Source: Deltaproteobacteria bacterium
Lineage (GTDB): Bacteria > Myxococcota_A > Polyangia > Polyangiales > Houyiibacteriaceae
DNA length: 64,000 nucleotides
Assembly (NCBI GenBank): GCA_034670305.1
Contig: JAXMNT010000003.1
Location: 96,001-160,000 of the forward strand
Direction of reading: 5' to 3'
In this document: in pieces, positions 21,253 through 30,600 of the stretch
Layout: each line of letters opens with the position of its first letter
How positions within the stretch are numbered: position 1 is the first letter of the stretch
Notes under the pieces: generated by a model
What the model saw: the letters and a program-made list of their open reading frames with translations, nothing else
Database searches by the model: none
Told to the model about the DNA's origin: nothing
Translations under genes and position numbers: made by a program

Positions 21253-21648
21253 TCAGTCTCGCAGGGGTCGACCGAGGTCATTCAAGATGGAGCGCGCACA
21301 ACCCGCCGACATCGAGAAAACCCAGCGCTGGTCGACCGAGGTTGCACGAAAATCTTGGTTCCGGGCGCGAGATTCGAGGAATGGAACGAGTTCCGAGAGT
21401 TTGGCGGCCCGAATGCGATGTGGCTGGCCCCATAGGCGTCCCAGGAATGAATCCAGCAATAGGTCGCGATCCTGAAACTCGACACTCAGGGGCACTCGAC
21501 GTTGAACAACCCAGAACAACAGCATCGTGAACGGGAGCACGAACATTGCCTGCCACGCGACGATCGCGAGAAGAAGCACGATGATGTTCTGGACGGTGCA
21601 AATCACGAGTGCGAAGTAGCGTCCTGTCCGCATGGTGGGGCTGTTCAT
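21253..21648 (-). CDS. Small membrane protein (two N-terminal TM helices)
   Basis: Hydrophobic FALVICTVQNIIVLLLAIVAW and FVLPFTMLLFWVV; AT-richer codons. Confidence 0.5.
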   Translation of the reverse strand: MNSPTMRTGRYFALVICTVQNIIVLLLAIVAWQAMFVLPFTMLLFWVVQRRVPLSVEFQDRDLLLDSFLGRLWGQPHRIRAAKLSELVPFLESRARNQDFRATSVDQRWVFSMSAGCARSILNDLGRPLRD

Positions 21649-21743
21649 GAAACCGCCAGAGGTATCCAGGTGGACTTGCTCACCACCAACGGACCGTCGA
21701 ACCCGAGCGTCGTTGCCCACTCTTCTAGTTTCATCGTAGGGAC

Positions 21744-22037
21744 TCAATCGCCTTGAATCCCAATCGAAGCGGCGATCTCAAGAATGAACTCCACATGAAC
21801 CGGACTCCGTTGGGTGAACCCAAAAGTCTCAGATGCCAACGCAACTTCAGATGCGCTCGGCAGTCGAAATTGCCCAGGGGGCAAACGGACGATCATTTCG
21901 CTATCGCTCGGAAGACCCTCCCAGCAGCACTCACACTGGGCGCACCAGAACCACGCAACCCCATCTTCATTCATCAGCATGATGACTTCTTCGGACTCGC
22001 CCGGGCAATGTTCAACGAAGACGAGCTGCGTAGTCAT
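21744..22037 (-). CDS. Small CxxC protein, putative immunity-like (paralog B)
   Basis: C..EVIMLMNEDG..FWCAQC..W..LP..RLPSASE; alternative start 22055. Confidence 0.6.
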   Translation of the reverse strand: MTTQLVFVEHCPGESEEVIMLMNEDGVAWFWCAQCECCWEGLPSDSEMIVRLPPGQFRLPSASEVALASETFGFTQRSPVHVEFILEIAASIGIQGD

Positions 22038-22122
22038 GGGAGTAGCAGTATCCATTCGGCGTGATTTGAGGCGATCGTGCGTCGCAATCCGAGTAAGTGC
22101 GCACTCCGGCGGGACTGCACCC

Positions 22123-23253
22123 CTACTCGCAGGGGTTCGGGAGCGGTCGCGATGGCCCGAGGCCGCCGTACTCAGCGCGGACGCCGGTGAAACGGACGCC
22201 GAGGCTGATCGCGTCGCACGCCACGCCGATGCCGCCGGTGCCGGGGCGGGAACGAACGTCGGCGATGGACCGGAGCTGGGCTTCGACGATGTCGCGTTCT
22301 GCGCTGCCGACACAGATGCCGATGTTGTCGCCGGTGTCGAGCAGATCGACGATCGACCAGCGACCGGCGACCGTCGCAGAGATCAGCGCGGTCGCGTCTT
22401 CGTTGAGCGTGCCGAAGGCGGTGCCGTCCGTGAGTCGCACCCGCACGCCGGCTTCTTCGCCCGCGAAGAAGAGGATGTCGATGCGGTCGGGCAGCCGGAA
22501 CACCACGGTTCGGTCGGACACGTAGGCGTTGTCGTCCCGAACCAAGGGCTGCTCTTCCATGCCCATGAAGTAGGTGTCGTCGCGCGCCCAGAAGGTGTCG
22601 TTGCCATCCCACGCGGGGGCTGGTGCCGGTGCGCCGCCCACCTGGAGCTCGAACCCTTCGAAACTCGCAGCGGAAGGATCGGCGCTGGTGCCGCCGGCCG
22701 CTTGGGTGAGCGTGACGTCGACGCGTGGGTCGTTCGACTCGCCGTTCCACTTCGAGAGGCGGATCAAGATGGTGCCGATGCCTGCGAGCTGCGCGGTGCG
22801 GGTGTCCCGCTCGAGGTCCGGCAACGCGAGCCGCACGATGGGGAAGAGCTTGTCCCCGAACACGTTGTCGATGCCGCCGTTGCCATCGAGAGGCGGCTCC
22901 GCGTCTTCGTTCGGCGGCACACACTCGACCATCGGGGCCGGCGCGACCGAGTTCAGATCGTCGAGGTCTTGGCCGATGTCCCGCCAGCGGTCGCCGCCCT
23001 GGTTGAGCTCCACGTCGCGGAGCGCCGCGAGCAGCGGTTCGGCGTCGGGGCCGTCCGGCGTGGTGGGCCGGGGCGGGGGTTTGCGCAGCCCGCTGATGTC
23101 CACGACGTCGGGCGCCGGGGCGTCGGTGAGGCCCACGTCTTCCGCGGCATCCGCGCTCCCGGCGTCCACCTCGACGAGCGACGTATCGAAGACCGAACAC
23201 GCACAGACGCACACAATGGCGACCCGCCATGTCGAGTGTTTGCCCCACGCCAC
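22123..23253 (-). CDS. Myxobacterial lipoprotein of unknown function
   Basis: CACS lipobox-like; PPPRP linker; GQDLD, DGNGGIDN, CDAISLG motifs. Confidence 0.7.
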   Translation of the reverse strand: MAWGKHSTWRVAIVCVCACSVFDTSLVEVDAGSADAAEDVGLTDAPAPDVVDISGLRKPPPRPTTPDGPDAEPLLAALRDVELNQGGDRWRDIGQDLDDLNSVAPAPMVECVPPNEDAEPPLDGNGGIDNVFGDKLFPIVRLALPDLERDTRTAQLAGIGTILIRLSKWNGESNDPRVDVTLTQAAGGTSADPSAASFEGFELQVGGAPAPAPAWDGNDTFWARDDTYFMGMEEQPLVRDDNAYVSDRTVVFRLPDRIDILFFAGEEAGVRVRLTDGTAFGTLNEDATALISATVAGRWSIVDLLDTGDNIGICVGSAERDIVEAQLRSIADVRSRPGTGGIGVACDAISLGVRFTGVRAEYGGLGPSRPLPNPCE

Positions 23254-23324
23254 GGCGACAGCCTACCCCGAAACCCAGCCGTCCACACGTTCACGGAGCC
23301 GCTGCGAACCCCGCCGTCCACACC

Positions 23325-24764
23325 TCAGGGGGTGGCCGCGAACTCGGTCCCGTCGAGCAGCGCCGTCAGCAGCACTTCGCCCAGCCGTTCGTACCCGCGC
23401 CGGGTGTAGTGCACCAGATCGCCGGCGCCGTAGGACGGTTCCATCGCTGCCCACTCGACCATCGAGAGCGGCCCGCCCGAGAACGCGACGAGGTCGAAGA
23501 AGCCGCAGCCATGCCGAAGCGCCACCCGGTACTGCGCGTCGATCAGCGCGTGGGTTCGGGGGCGGTCTTCGATCACCCCATCGTCCCGTTTGAGCGGCCG
23601 GTCGGACGGTCCGATGAGCAGACAGCTGGCTTGCGGCACGGTCTGCCGAACCCGCGACACCACTTCCTCGAGCTGCGCTTCGTACCGTTCGATCGGCAGG
23701 TCGTCGCCACTTTCGTTGGTGCCGTACGCCAGGACGACGAGGTCGGGTCGGCGGCGGGCCATGTGCTCTCGGTAGAGCGCGTCTTCCCAGAGCAGGTGGT
23801 ACCGGGCACGCGCCCCATTGATGCCGAGCGTGTCGACGAGCACCCCGGGCGTCTCGCGTTCGACCGCGACCCCGAAGAAACGGACCGGTCCATCGCCCAC
23901 CGCGCGTACTTCGAGCGAGTGCGGACCATCGGGCACCCGGAAGGTGGCGTAGTTGCCGTGGGCCGCGTCCGCCGCGGTGTTGACGCGCTGGGCCGGCCGG
24001 CCATCCATCAGGACGTCGAACCGGCCACCGCCGGGCTGGTCGAGGTAGTAGATGTCGAAGAGGCTCGCGCTGCGTCCGACGCTCCCGCTGTCTTCGGTCG
24101 ACACGCGGCCGAAGGCGCCGGCCCGGTCCGTCTCGACGTACACGCCATGCACGCCGAAGTGGTCCACGTCACGGGTGTTGGCCCGCGCTTTGGTGGCATG
24201 CCAACGTCCGCGGTTCGACTCGACGTCGACGCCCCGGTGACGGTAGGTGCGCCAGGGATGGGCGGGCAGCACCACGCCGTGTCCAGCGTCGCCGAACCGC
24301 GCCTGCAGTCGCTCCCGGATGAGGCCGGTGAACAGGTCGCTCGCGACGTGGGAGGCGCCGTAGAACATCAGCCGCGCCTGCCCTTCGCCGCGTTCGGCAC
24401 GGCGCAGCGCTTCGTGCAGCGCGTCCATCGAGTGACCGTTGCGGTCCTCGATGGCGATGCTCAGACCCGGGGTCTCATCGATCGGCGGCTCGAGCAGCCG
24501 GGGTCCCTGCCGCACCACGGGCGCAGGGGGGGCCGGTCGTTCGGCGGGTCGTTCGTTCGCGGCCGCTTCGCGAACCGAACGTTCGGACGGCTGAGAGGGC
24601 GTGTCGCCCACATCGGCCGACGCGGTCTCTTCACCCACGAGCGTGTCGTAGGCAGCCCCCCACACGAGGAGCACCGCGAGCAACGAAATCGCCACCGCCA
24701 GAGGAGATTGTCCAAGTCGACCGAGCACCCGTCGACCATGCGCAAAGGTGGTCCGCACGTCCAC
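23325..24764 (-). CDS. SGNH/GDSL hydrolase, PatB/Ape1-like (paralog of 18578-20164)
   Basis: TM; FYGASH, RFGDAGHG, GVLVDTLGINGAR, YGTNE, DLVH..GY. Confidence 0.8.
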   Translation of the reverse strand: MDVRTTFAHGRRVLGRLGQSPLAVAISLLAVLLVWGAAYDTLVGEETASADVGDTPSQPSERSVREAAANERPAERPAPPAPVVRQGPRLLEPPIDETPGLSIAIEDRNGHSMDALHEALRRAERGEGQARLMFYGASHVASDLFTGLIRERLQARFGDAGHGVVLPAHPWRTYRHRGVDVESNRGRWHATKARANTRDVDHFGVHGVYVETDRAGAFGRVSTEDSGSVGRSASLFDIYYLDQPGGGRFDVLMDGRPAQRVNTAADAAHGNYATFRVPDGPHSLEVRAVGDGPVRFFGVAVERETPGVLVDTLGINGARARYHLLWEDALYREHMARRRPDLVVLAYGTNESGDDLPIERYEAQLEEVVSRVRQTVPQASCLLIGPSDRPLKRDDGVIEDRPRTHALIDAQYRVALRHGCGFFDLVAFSGGPLSMVEWAAMEPSYGAGDLVHYTRRGYERLGEVLLTALLDGTEFAATP

Positions 24765-24819
24765 TTATCCGCGAGTCCGCCCAGCGCGGCACCCAACCCC
24801 CTGAAGACACCGCGCCCGC

Positions 24820-26265
24820 TCAATCACCGAACGGATCGTCGTCGTCAAAAGGAGACACGATGGTCTGGTCGTCGAAGTCGTCGTCGAACGGCGCCTTCGC
24901 GGAAGGAAGCCGCACCTTCGGTTTGGTGGCGAGCGCTTCGGCGAGCAGCTGATCGAGCGGCACGCCAGAGGTCGCGTCTTGAGGCGACGTGACGTCTTCG
25001 AACGCGCGGGCGCCTTTGGAGGTGGTGTCTTCGAACGCGGCCGACCGCCTGAGCTTGGGCGCCGTGGTGGTGTCTTCGAACTCACCCCGCGCGGCGGGGC
25101 GGCTCGCCATCTCGAGCGCGTCCTCCCGGAAGTCGCCGGTGGCGTCGTCGAAATCGGCGACGGCTTCTTCTTCCACGAACATCGGCGCTCGGACGCCCGT
25201 GTCCATCTCTTCGAGGGGGTCGAGCTCCTCGATCTCGTCTTCGAGGTCGAAGGGCGCAGATGGAATCGTCTCCCGGACCCGGCGTTCCGACGCGGGCTCT
25301 GCCGGTTCTGAGAACCGCCCCTGGACGAAGGAGTCTTCTTGTACCGCCTCCGGGAAGAGCTGCTTCATCAGGTCGCCCATCGCGCGACGCTTCATGACCA
25401 AGCGGTGTTCGTACGCAAACGTCAGGAGCGACTCGTACATCTCGGTGGCCGACTGAAAGCGGTGGTCTGGGTTCGGCTGAAGCGCGCGCAAGACGATCGC
25501 CTGCAGGCCCGCTGGTACGTCGGGGCGCAGGGCACGGAGGGGGGGCACCTGCGCTTTCTGGACCGCGGTCACGGTGTCGATGTCGCCGCCGCGCAAGAAG
25601 AGCCGCTGTCCGGTCAGCCACTCGAACATGCACGTGCCGAGGCTGAACAGATCGCTCCGGTGATCGATCGGCATGCCGCGCGCTTGTTCCGACGAGAGGT
25701 ACGCCAGCTTGCCTTTGACCACCCCGACCTGCGTGGTCGAGATGCGACCGGCGGCTTTGGCGAGACCGAAGTCGATCACCTTCACGGCGCCTTCGAAGCT
25801 GACGAGGATGTTCGAGGGCGAGACGTCCCGGTGAATGATGTTGAGCGGGCGCCCGCCGGGACCGGTCGCCTCGTGCGCGTGGGCCAAGGCTTCGCAGACG
25901 CGCATGGCGACGGTGACCACGAACTCGAGCGGCAGGCTCAGCGCACCCGCCGGTCCGTCGGCGAGGCGTTTGGTGAGGGCCCCCATGTCCCGGCCCGCCA
26001 CGTACTCCTGCGCGATGAAGTACACCTCGTCGTCGCGGCCGAGGTCGTAGATGGTCGCGATGTTCGGATGGGAGAGCTGAACCGCGATCTTCGCCTCGTC
26101 GATGAACATCGAGACGAACTGATCGTCCGCGGAGATGCCCGGCAGGATGCGCTTGATCGCGACCATCCGCTCAAAGCCTTCCTCGCCGGTCTGGCGGGCG
26201 AGGAAGACTTCCGCCATTCCGCCCATCCCGATCCGCTCGAGAAGCTCGTACTGCCCGACGAACAC
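24820..26265 (-). CDS. Ser/Thr protein kinase (Hanks type) with acidic C-terminal tail
   Basis: IGMGGMAEVF, VAIK, HRDVSPSN, DFG, GKLAYLSSE, SDLFSLG; start estimated (GTG 26265). Confidence 0.9.
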   Translation of the reverse strand: MFVGQYELLERIGMGGMAEVFLARQTGEEGFERMVAIKRILPGISADDQFVSMFIDEAKIAVQLSHPNIATIYDLGRDDEVYFIAQEYVAGRDMGALTKRLADGPAGALSLPLEFVVTVAMRVCEALAHAHEATGPGGRPLNIIHRDVSPSNILVSFEGAVKVIDFGLAKAAGRISTTQVGVVKGKLAYLSSEQARGMPIDHRSDLFSLGTCMFEWLTGQRLFLRGGDIDTVTAVQKAQVPPLRALRPDVPAGLQAIVLRALQPNPDHRFQSATEMYESLLTFAYEHRLVMKRRAMGDLMKQLFPEAVQEDSFVQGRFSEPAEPASERRVRETIPSAPFDLEDEIEELDPLEEMDTGVRAPMFVEEEAVADFDDATGDFREDALEMASRPAARGEFEDTTTAPKLRRSAAFEDTTSKGARAFEDVTSPQDATSGVPLDQLLAEALATKPKVRLPSAKAPFDDDFDDQTIVSPFDDDDPFGD

Positions 26266-26309
26266 TTGGTCGGCAGCATACCGCGTTCGGATGGTTTGGG
26301 CAGCGGTGC

Positions 26310-27620
26310 CTATTCGATCCGCACCGCGCGGCCGAACTTCAGGTGCTCGCCGAGGCTCCCGTTCGGGGTGATGACCCACAAGACCTTGCAGGGCGGACGG
26401 ATCGATGGGGCGCCGGCGTGACCATCGGTGAGGTAGATGCAGCCGTCCCAGCGCTCCATCCGCGATTCTCGAAGGGCATGAAAGACCGGGTCGAAGGCGG
26501 TGCCGCCCCGGCCCGCCACCGCCTGGGGCAGTTTGCCGCGGTAGGGGTAGCGCCGCTGCACCGCGGCGTCGCACTCGAACACGATGACCTCCGCGCCTGC
26601 GCGCCACATGCCATGGATCTCTGCGAAGAAGAGGCTCAGCTCCTCGTCGCCGACCGAGCCGGACGTGTCCACCCCGACCGCGAGCCGCTGCAAACGTTTG
26701 ACCTTGATGCCGGGGAAGGTGCCGTAGCGTTGGCTGGGTCGGCGCAAGGTCGACGCGATGCGGGTCTTGCGGCTGCTGTTCGAGAAGATCCGCACGACCC
26801 GGCGCCAGTCGACCCGCGGTTTGGCGCGCTCGAGCGCTGCCTGGATCAACTCGCGCAGGCGGTTCGGCAGGTTGCCCCATTGGCGCGAGCCGACCCGCGC
26901 CGCGGTCCGCCGGATGATGCCGTCGATCATGCCCTCGCTCGCCTCCGCGCCGACGTCGTCGAACTCGCCCCAAAGCGAGTGGTCGCTGTGCCAGGTCTCC
27001 GCGATGCCGCTCAGCGCCGCGGCACTCTTGCACGCTTTCACCCCGAGCGACTTCCACCCGTCCGGCGAGAGCGACGGCATGCCGGCGCCGCCGCAGTTCG
27101 GACACGCGTCGGCTTCGGGTGAGCCGTCCGCGGCGTCCTGCATCTCGCGGGCGAGCGAACGAAGTTTCTCGTAGTAGTGGTCCGCCGTCTGGTCCGCCTT
27201 GAGCCCAAGGTCGGGGAAGGTCGCGAGGGTCAGACCGCTCTCCGGGAGCGGCCAGGGTTTGATGACCTGGTTCACCACCAGGTCCGCCGCGATGTTCCAG
27301 ATCATCGGGTGCCGGCGTTTGTCCTGGTCGCGGCGCACCACGTGTTTGAAGAGCAAGTGGAGCGCTTCGTGTTTGACCACGGCCACGCGCTCCCGCCGGC
27401 TCCGAAGCACCTTCACGAAGAAGAACGGGTTCACCGTGAGCCGGACGTGCCCACCGGAGATGGAGACCGCGGCCGTCGGGGTCAGGTCGGTCGAGACCCG
27501 GCGCACCACGGACGCGAGCAGGTGCCCGAAGAAGGGTTCCTTCAGCAGCAGATCCGTCACGCAGCGATCGAGTTCGAGGCGCGCCTTGTCGGTGGGCGCG
27601 TCGGTGGACACGGTGGCCAT
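26310..27620 (-). CDS. DUF2201-type putative metallopeptidase + vWA domain protein
   Basis: EPFFGHLL, KHEALHLL, WNIAADLVVN; vWA VDTSGS, CDA, GRGGT, YLTDG. Confidence 0.88.
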   Translation of the reverse strand: MATVSTDAPTDKARLELDRCVTDLLLKEPFFGHLLASVVRRVSTDLTPTAAVSISGGHVRLTVNPFFFVKVLRSRRERVAVVKHEALHLLFKHVVRRDQDKRRHPMIWNIAADLVVNQVIKPWPLPESGLTLATFPDLGLKADQTADHYYEKLRSLAREMQDAADGSPEADACPNCGGAGMPSLSPDGWKSLGVKACKSAAALSGIAETWHSDHSLWGEFDDVGAEASEGMIDGIIRRTAARVGSRQWGNLPNRLRELIQAALERAKPRVDWRRVVRIFSNSSRKTRIASTLRRPSQRYGTFPGIKVKRLQRLAVGVDTSGSVGDEELSLFFAEIHGMWRAGAEVIVFECDAAVQRRYPYRGKLPQAVAGRGGTAFDPVFHALRESRMERWDGCIYLTDGHAGAPSIRPPCKVLWVITPNGSLGEHLKFGRAVRIE

Positions 27621-27622
27621 CG

Positions 27623-28744
27623 CTAGAGCAGGTCGAGCATCAACTCGGCCAACGCCCGATGCCGCATCATGCCCTTCACGTCGTCGGACCCATCCTGAAG
27701 CAGGTCGCGGTGCAGGCTCATCCGCAGATCGTTCGGGAGTGCCTCGTGAAGCAAGAACGCGACGAGGTTCTCGCCGTGTTTCTTCTTCGGCTCGTAGCGG
27801 GGGTGGGTGAGGGTGAGAAACAAACGCGTGCAGATGACACTGAGCCGATCGACGCGTTTCTCGTCTTCTTCGCCGCGGGCCAACTTCGCGATGCGGCTCT
27901 CGATCGGCGCCCAGGTCGGCGCGTCGAGGATCTGCTCCGGAGAGATGAGCTCCTGGAGCCCGTCGAGCACGAAACTCGTGAACGTCGCGACCGTGATGTC
28001 GTCGAGCGACGACGCGGCGAGCGTGCGGACCAGGTCGATGTGCTCTTTCAGATCTTCGATCGGCGCGATCTGATCGAGGAACTGGGTGAGCGAACGCGGC
28101 GTCGTGCGCTTGCCCGTGATCACCTCCGGGTAGGTCAGCGCAAACGCGATGCCGCGTTCGTCGACACCCACGCGGTGGGCCCAGGCGGCCCACGCTTTGA
28201 CGTCGAACGTCATCGTCGCGTGCAACATCCGCGTCAACATCGCGTCGTCCATCGGAGTGACGCTGTAGTCCCCACCCTCCGGGTTCGCGGTGCAGACGAT
28301 CTGCCACTTGGGCGGCAGCTTCCACGAGAACATCTCGAAGTTCTGCAAGAGCTGCATCAGACCGCGAAGGATGCGGTCGTCGGCGCGGTTGATGTCGTCG
28401 AGCAGAAGCACCCCGGGACCATCTTGGGTGGGCACCCACTTCGGTGGCGCAAACGCGGTGCGGGCGCCCTTCTCGGTGTCGATGCGTTCGGGCAACCCAT
28501 GCAGATCGCCCATCTCCTCGAACTGCGCCGGCGCGCAGTACGCCCAGCCCCAGCCGCGGGCTTTGACGTAGTCCTCGACGATCATCGACTTGCCGACGCC
28601 ATGCAGGCCCCAGATGCAGACCGGTGTCGGGCGCTGGCCCCGGCTCTGCAGCGCGATGTTCGTGGTGAACACGTGGTCGAGGAGCGGAACGAGGCGCTGC
28701 GCGTCCAGTCGCGCGCCATGGAACAGGTGCAGGTCGTCACTCAT
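27623..28744 (-). CDS. MoxR-like AAA+ ATPase
   Basis: Walker A GLHGVGKS, DLHGLP, Walker B variant LLLDDINRA, TANP, MDDAMLTRM. Confidence 0.88.
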   Translation of the reverse strand: MSDDLHLFHGARLDAQRLVPLLDHVFTTNIALQSRGQRPTPVCIWGLHGVGKSMIVEDYVKARGWGWAYCAPAQFEEMGDLHGLPERIDTEKGARTAFAPPKWVPTQDGPGVLLLDDINRADDRILRGLMQLLQNFEMFSWKLPPKWQIVCTANPEGGDYSVTPMDDAMLTRMLHATMTFDVKAWAAWAHRVGVDERGIAFALTYPEVITGKRTTPRSLTQFLDQIAPIEDLKEHIDLVRTLAASSLDDITVATFTSFVLDGLQELISPEQILDAPTWAPIESRIAKLARGEEDEKRVDRLSVICTRLFLTLTHPRYEPKKKHGENLVAFLLHEALPNDLRMSLHRDLLQDGSDDVKGMMRHRALAELMLDLL

Positions 28745-28804
28745 GTCGTCGTCTCGAAGGGGCTTCTCGGAAGGGCTTCTCGGAAGGTCACTGGGGGCGC
28801 CGCG

Positions 28805-30511
28805 CTACTCGGCCGCGTGCGGGGGATCGATGGGTTCCAGGGCATCCCCGTCGACGACCGTCGGCAGCTCGAAGGGGTCCTCGGCCAAGATCCGCCGCAC
28901 CCGCCGGAGGAGTGGCTCGAGGGTCCGCACGTCGAGCGCGCTGACCGCGACCCCGTCGTGTTCGTGCGCGATCATCGCGGCCCGCCTCGGGTCCATGCGA
29001 TCGGCTTTGTTGACCACCACGAGCCGCGGGATGCGTTCGAGCCCGAGTTGGTTGAGCAGGCTCTCGGTGGTCTGCACGTGATCGACGTGGCTGGGATCCG
29101 AACCATCGATCACATGAAGAATGAGATCCGAGTCTTCCGCTTCTTCGAAGGTCGCGCGAAACGCCGCGAAGAGATCTTTGGGCAGGTCGCGGATGAACCC
29201 GACGGTGTCGGTGAACACCCAGGCGTCGCCGTCCGGGTGTTCCCGGCGGCGTGCACGGGTGTCGAGCGTGGCGAAGAGTTTGTCCTCCGCCAATACGTCC
29301 GAGCCGGTCAACGCGTTGAGCAGCGTGCTCTTGCCCGCGTTCGTGTACCCGACGAGCGCCACGACCTTGGTGCCACGCCGGCCTCGTTTGCGGCGGCGCT
29401 GTTTTCGCTGCTTGCCCAGTTTGTCGAGTTGCTTCTTGAGTCGGGTGATCCGCTCGTGTGCGCGGCGCCGACCGATCTCGAGCTTGGTCTCACCGGGTCC
29501 ACGTCCACCGATGCCGCCGGTCAGTCGCGAGAGCGCGTCGTCCTTCTGGCCAAGGCGCGGAAGCAGGTAGTGCATCTGCGCGAGCTCGACCTGGAGCTTG
29601 CCGTCCCGGCTCTGCGCGCGTTGCGCGAAGATGTCCAAGATGAGCTGGGTCCGGTCGATCACTTTCAGATCGGTCATGCCCGCGATGGCCGCCGCCTGTG
29701 CGGCGCTGAGTTCGCGGTCGAAGATCAACACTTCGACGTCGAGCTGCATCGCGCGGATCATCACCTCTTCGAGTTTGCCGCGGCCGAGCACGAACTTCGG
29801 ATCGACCCGGTCGCGCACCTGGAGGATCACGTCGCCGACTTCGACCCCGGCCGTGCGCGCGAGCTCTTCGAGTTCTCGAAGCGAGTCTTCCGCTTGGGAG
29901 GAGTTTCGTTTGGTGCAGACGTGGACCAGGATCGCCCGGCCGTCTTTGGCGAGCACTGGACGCGCCCGCGCTGCACGCGCGAACTCTTCTTCGAGCGCGT
30001 GCACGATCGCCGCCGGGTTGGCGTCGAGGCGCCCGTAGCTGATCGGTCCGAAGGTCTGGTGGGGCGGCGTCGAAGAAGTGCCATCGCCCGGAAGGCAGTG
30101 GCCGTAGTACACCCAGGTCGGCCGCGGTTCTCCGGGCGCCAGACAAATGGCGACGATGAGATCGAGCCGAAGCCGCGTGAGGTCGACGAGGTCGTCGCGG
30201 GTCAGCGGCTCGTTGGCGAGGTGGGTGTGGATCAGCCGCAGACCGCGCAGTCGCCCCGTGCCCCCACGCAGCCGGCCGACGTCCGGCAGCATGAGCTGAC
30301 TGGCCGTGCCGATGATGACGTGGTTCACCGTGCCGTTGCGGTCGACGAGCACCCCGACCTGGCGACCGGTCGCATGCGATATGTCGCAGAGCGATTTGGT
30401 CAGCTCAGGCGTCGTGAGTTGGTCGAAGGGGACCCGACGCCGATAGATCCGCTGGAGCGCTTTGGTCTCGGACGGACCCAAGCCCGATGTATTGCCGTGG
30501 ATGGGATGCAA
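28805..30511 (-). CDS. hflX: GTPase HflX (long N-terminal form)
   Basis: [56 protein letters not shown]; start estimated (TTG). Confidence 0.95.
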   Translation of the reverse strand: MHPIHGNTSGLGPSETKALQRIYRRRVPFDQLTTPELTKSLCDISHATGRQVGVLVDRNGTVNHVIIGTASQLMLPDVGRLRGGTGRLRGLRLIHTHLANEPLTRDDLVDLTRLRLDLIVAICLAPGEPRPTWVYYGHCLPGDGTSSTPPHQTFGPISYGRLDANPAAIVHALEEEFARAARARPVLAKDGRAILVHVCTKRNSSQAEDSLRELEELARTAGVEVGDVILQVRDRVDPKFVLGRGKLEEVMIRAMQLDVEVLIFDRELSAAQAAAIAGMTDLKVIDRTQLILDIFAQRAQSRDGKLQVELAQMHYLLPRLGQKDDALSRLTGGIGGRGPGETKLEIGRRRAHERITRLKKQLDKLGKQRKQRRRKRGRRGTKVVALVGYTNAGKSTLLNALTGSDVLAEDKLFATLDTRARRREHPDGDAWVFTDTVGFIRDLPKDLFAAFRATFEEAEDSDLILHVIDGSDPSHVDHVQTTESLLNQLGLERIPRLVVVNKADRMDPRRAAMIAHEHDGVAVSALDVRTLEPLLRRVRRILAEDPFELPTVVDGDALEPIDPPHAAE

Positions 30512-30600
30512 AAGTCTGTGATCTCTTCGCTGCGGAACCCCCACGTTAACACATTTACCGGACCGCGCTGCGCTCCAACGACCAAGCCCGGTCCTCCGAC

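Noticed and set aside
21645..21735. 29-aa ORF MKLEEWATTLGF... coupled to the membrane gene
   Set aside because: Too short to support; may be a frameshifted N-terminus of 21253-21648
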